Shown here one piece after another: positions 55,003-64,000 of a stretch of DNA of 64,000 nt; position 1 is the first letter of the stretch; the number at the start of each line of letters is the position of its first letter. The DNA comes from Naegleria gruberi (taxonomy: Eukaryota). Made by a program: the position numbers and the translations under genes. Location: NCBI GenBank assembly GCA_000004985.1, contig GG738917.1, one strand, 5' to 3'. The notes under the pieces were generated by a model. That model ran no database searches. It was not told where the DNA came from and was given only the letters and a program-made list of their open reading frames with translations.

Positions 55003-56338
55003 TTAGTTCAAAACATTTGGTTGTTTGATTTGACCACTAATATCAAAACTGTAAAGACTCTCAAGCGTTGTTTGTGCAATGTTAGAAATTGCCTCTTGAG
55101 TAAAGAAAGCTTGATGAGGTGTTACAATTACATTAGGGAATGTCAATAATCTTGTGAAGGTGTCATCCTTAATGATTTCAAATCTTCTATCTTCAAAGAA
55201 TAAATCTTGCTCAAATTCATAGACATCTTGTTAAAATTAATATTCGTAAAAATATTTTCAATAATTATCACATACCAATACCTAAACTTCCAATTTTTTG
55301 ACTCTTTAATCCTTCAATTAAATCGTCAGTTCTACATAATCCTCCTCTAGAAGTGTTAATAATCATGACACCATCTTTCATTTTAGAGATACTCTCAGAG
55401 TTTATCAAGTGTTCAGTAACTCCTTTAATTAAAGGACAATGAAGGCAAATAACATCAGAATGAGCATAAATACTATCTATATTATCAACAAACTCAATAC
55501 CCATATTGACTAATTCTGGATCTCTATAACTATCGTAAACAATTACTCTTGCTCCAAAACCCATTCTTAAACATTTGGCAACTAATTTTCCAATTTTTCC
55601 AGATCCTCCAACAATACCAAAAACCTTTGAAGACATGTTGAATCCCATTCTATTTTCAATAAAATAGGTCAACTCATCAAAAAAGGAAAAACTTACAATC
55701 CATCCAAACTAAAATCACTATCTCTTAATCTATTAAAAGCTTTATGAATTTTTCTATTCAAAGCCATAATCAATGCAATAGTGAAATCTGCAGTAGCAGC
55801 AGGGCTGTATTCAGGAACTCTACAAACTTTCACTCCAAATTCACTTGCTGCTGACAAATCAACATTGTTAAATCCAGCACTTCTCAGAGCAACACATTTA
55901 ATTCCATACTTGTGACTCAATGTCTGTAATACATTTCTATTCAAACAATCATTCACAAACACAGATACAAAATCAGAATGTTCAGCAAGTTCTACAGTCG
56001 ATTCAGTCAATCTAGCATCAACAAATTTTAAATGAAAAGGACCAGAATACGACATGAATCTTTCATAATTTGGCAAATAATCATACGGACTAGTACCTAA
56101 AACCAATCACTCAATACAAAACTTGTTCGGAAGCAATCTTACCTTTCGAATCGATCAACAATTTTGATCCAGAATAATATTGTTGAAGAAAAGAATAATC
56201 TTTTCTGAATTTTTCATTCACCTTTTCATTCAGAGCATTGAATGATTGTTTTACGTAGGGTTTCGAGCTGAAGAATGTGATGGTTCGAGAGCAACTCTTC
56301 ACTAGAGACATTTTTTTTAGGATTCTTTTAAACAACAT
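55003..56338 (-). CDS. D-isomer-specific 2-hydroxyacid dehydrogenase (fermentative D-lactate dehydrogenase-like), 4 exons (56143-56338, 55697-56096, 55276-55649, 55003-55226) with N-terminal presequence exon
   Basis: Exons 2-4 align along E. coli LdhA (YSGPFHLKFVDARLTESTVELAEHSDFVSVFVND ~ ESFGFELEFFDFLLTEKTAK...CIFVND; NAD-binding FGIVGGSGKIGKL; catalytic region MIINTSRGGL...; C-terminal IGSLGIDVYEFEQDLFFED...VIVTPHQAFFTQEA). Exon 1 encodes a basic, Ser/Thr-rich, acid-free MLFKRILKKMSLVKSCSRTITFFSS..., which looks like a mitochondrial presequence. The plus-strand ORF 54928-55149 is antisense to exon 4 and spurious. Confidence 0.75.
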
Positions 56339-56769
56339 GGTTCTATAAATGGATATTGGGATATTTTGTGGTGATGGGACTGTTTAAGGTATTTAATTTG
56401 GGTTGTAAACAATACTTGAATCAATTGGTTGGTATTTTATGAAGGATTTACAATATGTTATTTCTTAAATTCTCATAAATTCCATTCTTGAACTGCAATT
56501 AGATTTTTTAATCTTCCTTTTCTTTGTAATACAAATTCTTTCCTTTCATTCTTGTTGGGTGAATATAATGGCAACTCATCCAAGTATTCGTAGTCAGTGA
56601 TAGAAGAGATTGAAGGAGTTACAATAGCAAGTTCATTTCAGCTTCCAAATTCATCCGTTAATTTCAACCATCAAAAAAAAGTCTGCAAACAATAGTCATC
56701 ATCGCCAACACAAAATTAATTTAATTATAATATTGTGATTATTATCAATAACAAACAGGTAAAGAGAAA

Positions 56770-59238
56770 ATGGCCCAAATGACAAAGACTATATCAGAGA
56801 TATCTGATTTATTAGAATTGTCGGAACAAACACGTGATGTAGTATTTGATAGATACTTTAGGGATAGTACAATGGTAAAATCAACTTTGGAGCTTTTAAA
56901 GAAAGGTCTTGGTTGCGAAGCAAATATACAATCAAAGGAAAAGATGATCAAACCAAAGAAACACATGATCTTTTTGGATGATAATTATACATTCTTTAGA
57001 ATAGAGAAGAAAAAATCAAGAAAAGGAAATGGTTAGTATTGAATACGAAAAATTGAAAATTAATTGGAGTTATTATTTAAAATAGTTTTATTGAAAGATA
57101 TCAAAAAGGTTATCACTGGTAATTCCTTTACCGATTCTGGAGCTTTCTTCAAGTATGCAGAACATTTAAAATCAAAGAAGAAGGAACATGGATATAATGT
57201 TGATCGTACCATTACAATTAAATATGGATCAGCTCAAGAACAGTTAGATATTATATTTTCAAAGACAGAAGAATTTATTTCCTTCCTCGTTTCTTTAAAT
57301 TATTTGTTAAGATCTATTCACTTGAAAGATACTCCTCCGATGAGTGTTATCATGATGAGATATTGGATGATGGCTGATGAAAATAATGATAACAAATTAT
57401 CCATTCAAGAAGTCAACAAACTTTTCAAAAACTTGAATATTGAAATCAGCTTTAATTATTTAAAACAAAGTTTTAATAGATTTGATACTGACAAGAGTGG
57501 AGCTTTGGAATTTGCTGAATTTATTGAAATGTTCAAGGAAATGAATGTGATCGATGAAATTGAGGATGAATTTTCGTCATCAGCTAATTCTGCACTCATG
57601 AGCATGGAGGAATTCACTAAATACTTGAAAGAGAAACAGAACCATGTCAAAATCTCCAATTCTGAAGTAACTGAATTGATGCAGAAGAATGGTGCTGTAG
57701 AGGTTGATGGATCTCTATTCATGCCATCATTTGAATTCACTTCATATATTCTTTCTCCTGATAATTCGATTGTAAATCCAACATTGTACACTCTTCATCA
57801 TGATATGAACCAACCACTTACAAATTATTTTATTGCATCTTCCCACAACACCTATCTCTCTGGACATCAATTGAAGGGTGAGAGTGATGTCAAAAACTAT
57901 AGAAATGGTTTACTGGGTGGATCTAGATGTGTAGAGTAAGTTTTGAAATTATCGATCTTGAATCTAACTTGTACTTAGACTTGATTGTTGGAATGGAGAT
58001 AATGGAGAAGTTGTTATTTATCATGGACGTACCTTAACTTCAAAGATTTTATTTGAGGATGTTATTAAATGTATAAATGAATACGGATTCAAGACATCAC
58101 CATATCCTATCATTCTTTCATTAGATGTACATGCCGATATCCCAGGGCAAGAGAAAATGGCTGAAATTATGATTAGAATATTTGGTGATCGTCTCTTAAT
58201 GCCAAATGATCAAATATCTCAATGGCCTTCTCCAAACGATCTCAAAGGAAGAATAATTATTAAGAATAAGAAGGTTCCTTCCTCTGGTATAGTCAAGACA
58301 GAAGATGATTTTTGTGATTCTGAATCGGATGATGAAGATTTCACAGAAGTTGAGCAATCAGAAAAGGAAGAAAAACCAAAGAAACATCCAAAAGTTAAAG
58401 TTGCTCAAAAACTATCTGACATAACTGCACTAGGAACCACTAAATTGACAACCTTTGAAGAAGTCTTTAAACTCCCATACAATAAGATGTTTTCTATCAG
58501 TGAAGGAAAAGTTGAAAAGCTTTTCCAAAATGATTGTGCTAATATTATCAAGTTTAATCAGAGCCACTTTAGTAGATCTTATCCACATGGTCTAAGATTT
58601 GATTCCTCTAACTATGACCCAATTCCATCATTCATCACAGGAGTTCAAATGTCTGCCCTCAATACACAAACTCACTGTGGATTTTATAGAATTAACGAAT
58701 TCAAATTCAAAGAAAATGCCATGTGTGGATATTTACTTAAACCTAAAGTTTTGAGAGTTGCTGGAGAACCATATCCAGATGAAAATTCACCAGTCAAACA
58801 AAATATCAGTAAGTTTCTTGATTTTATTGTATTTACATATTTTAATGTTTAGAATTGAAAATTATCATGGCTAAGCAAGTTCCAAAAGCTAAGGGTGCCG
58901 ATAAGGGTGATATTGTTGATCCTTATATTAAAGTGTCAATTTTGGGTCATCCTAAAGATCAGGCATCTTTCAGTACAGCTACTGTTTGGGATAATGGTTG
59001 GAATCCAACATATAACACAAGTTTTGAGTTTGATGTTGCTGCACCTGATCTTGCCAACCTCCAAATCTCAATTTGGGATAAGAATAAGGTCTCAGCTGAC
59101 AAATTCGTTTGTGAAAACATTATTCCAGTTACTGCTCTCAGAGAGGGATCTTTAAGAAGTGTTCAAATGTATGACGAAGATATGAACCTCATTGAAGGAT
59201 GTTATGTTTTGTGTAGTTTACAAATTACTAACAAATAA
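56770..59238 (+). CDS. plc: phosphoinositide-specific phospholipase C, delta-like (PH, EF-hand, X, Y and C2 domains); 4 exons (56770-57031, 57086-57935, 57979-58808, 58852-59238)
   Basis: EF-hand ([17 protein letters not shown]). X-box ([37 protein letters not shown]|[23 protein letters not shown], split by a phase-2 GTAAGT intron). Y-box ([37 protein letters not shown]). C2 ([14 protein letters not shown]...[11 protein letters not shown]). The PH-like N-terminus lies in exon 1. Confidence 0.85.
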
Positions 59239-59327
59239 ATATTTTATGTATTAGTTTGGTTTCCAATAATAATTGATCCTCATCTCCTTGAACTATTCAA
59301 AAAAAATACAACAACCACAGAATCAAA

Positions 59328-60902
59328 ATGACAGAAGAGATCGGGTTGATTGGTTCATTCAACCAATTGTTTACACTGTCTTTTTTCAATGTATTTTTAT
59401 TGATAGTTTGTCTTGTTTCGTATTTGTTGATCCGCTACACAATTACATTCTTTACAATTTACTTTAAATTTAAACATTTACCAGGATATGTCAGTTTTTT
59501 TCCTCCTCTGATTGATAGTATGATTCATAGGAAGATTTATGTTCATCACCTTTATGATTGTGCCCTAAATTCATTCAAGAATAATCCAAGTGCTAAAGTT
59601 GTTAAAATTCAACTTGGAACTTTCAGCCAAATTCACATTTCAAATGATGAGAATTTGATTAGAGAAATCCTTGTTAAAAAGTACAAGACTGTCTCAAAGG
59701 GAAACTTGTTCGAACCAGTTGGAATATTTGGTCCGAATATTTTCTCAGCCGATTCCAATGATCCAATCTGGAGAAAGCACAGAACTCTAGCAAATCCAAT
59801 ATTCAGCAGTTCTTCTCACTTGAAGAACGTCTTTAGAGTTACTCTTGAAGAATGCAAAAAGATGATCAAATTTTGGAAATCAATTTATGGCTCAGAATCA
59901 GATGGTACAATTAGAAAGGTAAACATTAGTAATGAACTCAAATCAATAACTTTAGATGTAATTAATAGAGTTGCTTTTGATTATGATGTTGGAATTTTTG
60001 ATAAGGATGCTGCCCATAGAGATGGAATTCATGATTGGATCAATAACTTACTCAATGGTTTGATCTATAATTTCGTACTACCAAAATATTTATTGTCCAA
60101 GTCTGAATTGTTATCTGCTATTTTTATTGTCTTATTTGCTGGGTTTGAGGTATGTTATATATTCGAAACATTTAATAATCAAATTCTCTGATAGACAAGT
60201 TCAACTTCCTTAACTTTCATGTTGAGAATGTTGGCAAAGGATCAAAAGCTACAAGAAGAAATCTTGAAAGAAATCAATCAAGAAATTGATAATATCGATG
60301 ATATTACTTTTGAAATTATTACCAACAAATTACCACTCTTGACATCTTTCATTAAGGAAGTATTAAGAACCAAGACCCCAATTGGTACTGGTGGAAGAAT
60401 AGTTCTAAAGAAGAATGGTGAGGTAATTGGTGGAGTTCATTATCCTAAAGATACTCACATTGGTGTTTCTTACTATAGTCAACATTATTTTGCTAAAAAT
60501 GGACTTGATGAATTCAATCCTTATAGATTTCTGACTACTAAATCAGATAGCTCATCAAATGAATTGGAAAAATCAGACAATAATGAATTCGAAAATGATG
60601 GAAAAGGGCCAATGGGTGAATTGAGTATTAATTTGGCCACTGATAAGCTTCTTCCTTTCTCTATTGGTCCAAGAGATTGCAGTATGTATTTTAATTTATT
60701 TACAAATTAACAATTTTAATTTCTAGTCGGTAAGAGAATGGCACTATTAGAAATGAAACTAATTCTAGTATTTTTACTAAAGAATTACAAGCTCAAAGTA
60801 CCAAAAGGTCTTGAAACTCAACAAGATAGTATTAAGGAAACCTATGTTGTCACAAGAACCATCTTTGAACCATATCTAGTCGATTTTGAAACAAGACTAT
60901 AA
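59328..60902 (+). CDS. cytochrome P450, 3 exons (59328-60149, 60195-60681, 60727-60902), apparently intact
   Basis: N-terminal anchor. I-helix AGFE|TSSTSLTF (acid-alcohol pair present), ExxR (KEVLRTK), PERF-like NPYRF and heme loop FSIGPRDC|IGKRMAL (CIG, split by a phase-1 GTATGT intron). There is an unusually long (about 35-aa) acidic/Ser-rich insertion between PERF and the heme loop. Confidence 0.8.
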
Positions 60903-60976
60903 AACCTATTCTTTCACACACTCTTAACCAATGTTCTATTAATCACCAACACTTAATCTAAGGAAATAAAAAAAAT

Positions 60977-63900
60977 GGCAAAAACTAAACGTTACTTGGT
61001 AGGAGAGGTGGTGTGGGCTCTCAATAGAAATATTTGGTGGCCGGTTGAGGTTAGTACAACAATTATTTTCTATTTTCAAACATAGGCAGATTTGTGATCC
61101 TTCGGAACCAGTAGGAGAGCCTGTTCCTTCTGGGTGCTATGTGTTCAAATTTGCTGAAGGAAAATTTGGTTACGCTACACCCAATAATATTAAGCCTTTG
61201 GAGGAGATGACACTAAAAGAGGTATTGTGCAATTTGAAAGCCAAACCGAACAAGGATCAAATACATAGTGACTACGAATACCTAAATAACAGAAAAAACT
61301 CAAATGTAAATAAGGTAGCCACCACCAGACCAAAATTAATTGTAAATCTTTCGAAAAAGACCCAAGGCTTAGATGATTACATTGAAGTTGTGGCGCGAGT
61401 AAAGAAGAGAAAACTTAATCCAGAGGATACAGAGGATTCAGGATGGTCGGATGATGAAACAATGACAGATTCTATTCCAGAAGAAACTATCGATCCATAT
61501 GAAATGGAACAAATATTACAAGTCTACAAGTAAGTTAAAGCAGTTTTCGTTTAATTGAGACCCATAGTAACAAAGGCTTTTTAGGTATTTTGGAACATTT
61601 TGGTATGACCTTAGCTAATTTGAAATTCTCATTGGACCGAATGGACTTGACAGACAATCACTCTATTGCCTATCAAATATATCAAAAGAATTCTGCAATG
61701 GATGTGGGTTTGAAGCAACACCTGTGTGAGTTTTTGACATCTTTCTCAACTCAATTTTCAAAGGAGTTTGAGTATTACCAAACAAGTCCTCATTATACAC
61801 ACTTTTTGGAAGGACAATACGAAGAAGCAAAAACGCTAGCTGAAAAACTATCCAGACTTACTCCAACAGAGCAACACGAAATGCTACTAACTACAACACC
61901 TCCCCTATTTTTACCACTTTTTAGATTGAAAAATATGATACAATGTGAAACACATTTTGGCGAAACGACATTCCAAGAGTATTTCGTAATGGTTTTTAAA
62001 ATGTTTCCTATTTTTTCCTTAATCAAACACCAAGGTATTTTTTTTAAAACAAGTGAAGCATTAGAATCGGATAGCTTGAGGCTTTCTCTCAACATTATGA
62101 ATAAGAAATGGGTTGAAAATGCATCAAGAATGCAACCAGATTTTGTGCTGGTACGTTACTCTCAATACAAGCACTACTTTGTAATTGGCGAGTTTGAAAA
62201 TCAAAACATTACCGCATCTACTGCTGAAGAATTTCTTTGCATTCACAAAGACACTTTAAAAGTAATATTAGAAGGACGAGCAGTTCTAAAAGACATAGCA
62301 ACCGAATTATCTGCATGTAGAGTACGTGACCAAATTAAAAAACAATTGGTAGTAATGCTGTTTTTGGCTGACACATCAGGCAGGGTGGTAGTACTAAAAA
62401 TGCGGCCAATATTCCACAAGATTCAAAAAGGGTTACATGGTATTTACTACGAGATTTCATATTCCAGGTTACTAAATATATTCAACAAGACAGACGCTTG
62501 CACATTTATGTCAGAAATCAGTAATAGTGTCAAGTATGCATGCGACTTGTTATATGACATTGATCAAGATAGTTCAATAACTAATGTCTGTGCGACTCCA
62601 ATAACTCTCAATTCCAAATCTAACTTGGCCAAATTAATCCGAATCCCAGTCAGCAGTGCAGAATTCTCAGCAGTATATTTCGAAGAGAAGGATGAAGCAA
62701 ATTTGTTAGATTTTTTGAGCAAGGAATTTCCAGATTTGCTAGTCCAGAAAGAACGAATTGTGAGGTTAAATGAGATTGGTCAAATTCACCTTCGCTTTAG
62801 TGTAGATCCAGATACTGGAAGTATTAGCATGTATGGTAATGAAGTCACTGAAGTTTATGGAAATCCCATTTATGGTTGTTACCCAATTTCAAGGAATAGA
62901 GAATTGAAGTGCCAAGTAATTACACTAACAAACTTTAAAAATGTTGAATATTACAAGGACCATTTGGAAGATGAGGACAAAGACGACCAAGATCAAGATT
63001 TCAAAAAACGACTTTCTCCTCCACCAATAAGCCAAACTACACAGAATGCAAGCTCACCTAATATATTTAAACCTCAAAGTTTTGACGACAACAATTTTGG
63101 AAAGAAAATTCAAGATGTTACATTTAAGTGTTGGGGTTTGCAAAATGTTGAGAACAAAAAAATTCACACCAGAATTTACAATTGCGATTCAGAGCAAATA
63201 ATCAGCTACATTTGCTATGGTGAAGGCACATTAATAGATGGGACTAAACCTGTGTTTGTAAAGATTCACAGCGGTCATCCAATGGAAACCTATAATGCAG
63301 AATGTGTTACAAGTTTTGCATGTGACAGAATTCAAACAGATTGCTTGGATGCTAAAAATACTATCAAAATCTACAAGTATTTCATTGAGAAAAGAAGTGT
63401 CCCTTATGAAATTTTTGGGGATATTTCCACACCATACAAGGGTTACATTACTGATGTAACAATATCAGAATTGTTAACTACTGTTGAAAATTCCATATTT
63501 TCACAAACAAAACACCTTGACGATAATGTCAAATTATTGACTTTGCTCTATGTTATGGATGGGTGCATTAGGGGTATTAATTTTATGACTAATCATCTGA
63601 AATTGTTACACAATGATATTGCCTTTAGGAATGTAATGGTAAGGGAAAATACAAACAAATCTGGCATTTCCTCTCTGATAGATCAATATTGTAATTTAAC
63701 TCTTACAGACTTGGAGTTTAAGAACGACATGAAATGTTTAGCCAAGGTCTTTATTGAATTTGTATCTTTTCTTTTTGGGAAAAATTCAAATGATTTGCAA
63801 TTACTTTCAAATATGGAACCCCATTTTGATGGAGACTTTAAAATAGTACACTTGTGGATAGTACAAACTATTGAATCGTTACAAAGTAACTGCAAAAAGA

Positions 63901-63995
63901 GCTTTCTTTCAGAATTTCAGGATATTAACTTCCTAAAGGTCGTACAACCTTTGGATGAGATGGTGATTGCTTTATTGCTTCGTAGCTCTAATTAA
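60977..63995 (+). CDS. PWWP-domain protein with a large uncharacterised C-terminal region; probably 3 exons (60977-about 61051, about 61092-61531, about 61571-63995)
   Basis: The exon-1/2 junction gives MAKTKRYLVGEVVWALNRNIWWPVE|ICDPSEPVGEPVPSGCYVFKFAEGKFGYATPNNIKPL (PWWP signature, aromatic cage and WWP motif), using GTTAGT...GCAG. ORF 61590-63995 (801 aa) is in phase with exon 2 only through a very short (about 38-nt) intron, so whether it forms one gene with the PWWP exons is uncertain. The C-terminal region has no recognised motifs. Confidence 0.45.
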
Positions 63996-64000
63996 TTGAA

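Noticed and set aside
54928-55149. 73-aa plus-strand ORF after the first P450
   Set aside because: It is antisense to the well-supported 3' exon of the D-lactate dehydrogenase gene (VYEFEQDLFFED...).
56111-56338. ORF-track 75-aa protein treated as stand-alone gene
   Set aside because: It splices (GTAAGA...TTTTAG, phase 1) onto the D-LDH core, so it is interpreted as the presequence exon rather than an independent gene.
1-64000. CRISPR arrays, operons, prokaryotic mobile elements
   Set aside because: The sequence is eukaryotic (spliceosomal introns, an intron-containing tRNA-Tyr, RasGEF, copine, PLC). No direct-repeat/spacer arrays are present.

Overview
This is a gene-dense, AT-rich eukaryotic nuclear region. 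Short GTAAGT...AG introns (about 40-60 nt), AAAATG start contexts, tRNA genes interspersed with protein genes and a tRNA-Tyr with a canonical intron all suggest a dictyostelid-like amoebozoan, although the species is not asserted. I support about 38 protein-coding genes, most with the intron/exon structure read by hand, three tRNA genes (Leu-CAA, Asp-GUC, Tyr-GUA) and three N-run assembly gaps. The ORF track translates some non-ATG (TTG) starts as 'M', so exon starts were re-derived by hand. The items most worth a second look are:
- a single roughly 1,500-aa receptor-like kinase (secreted NHL beta-propeller, five tenascin-type EGF repeats, transmembrane helix, TKL kinase) that the ORF track splits in two (42600-47200);
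- a small GPI-anchored secreted protein with an AA10-type LPMO histidine-brace signature (8347-9097);
- a gap-flanked degenerate tandem duplication carrying LRR fragments and a trypsin-like protease gene (47300-50170);
- a 170-bp GC-rich island ending in a T-run next to direct repeats (50177-50354);
- a cytochrome P450 whose heme-binding Cys loop and I-helix acid are lost (53262-54912);
- a vWA protein with a histone-H1-like TPKK tail, a PWWP protein with a large novel domain, an F-box/ZZ-finger protein and a tandem-repeat secretory peptide.
The segment is not prokaryotic: no CRISPR arrays or operons are present.
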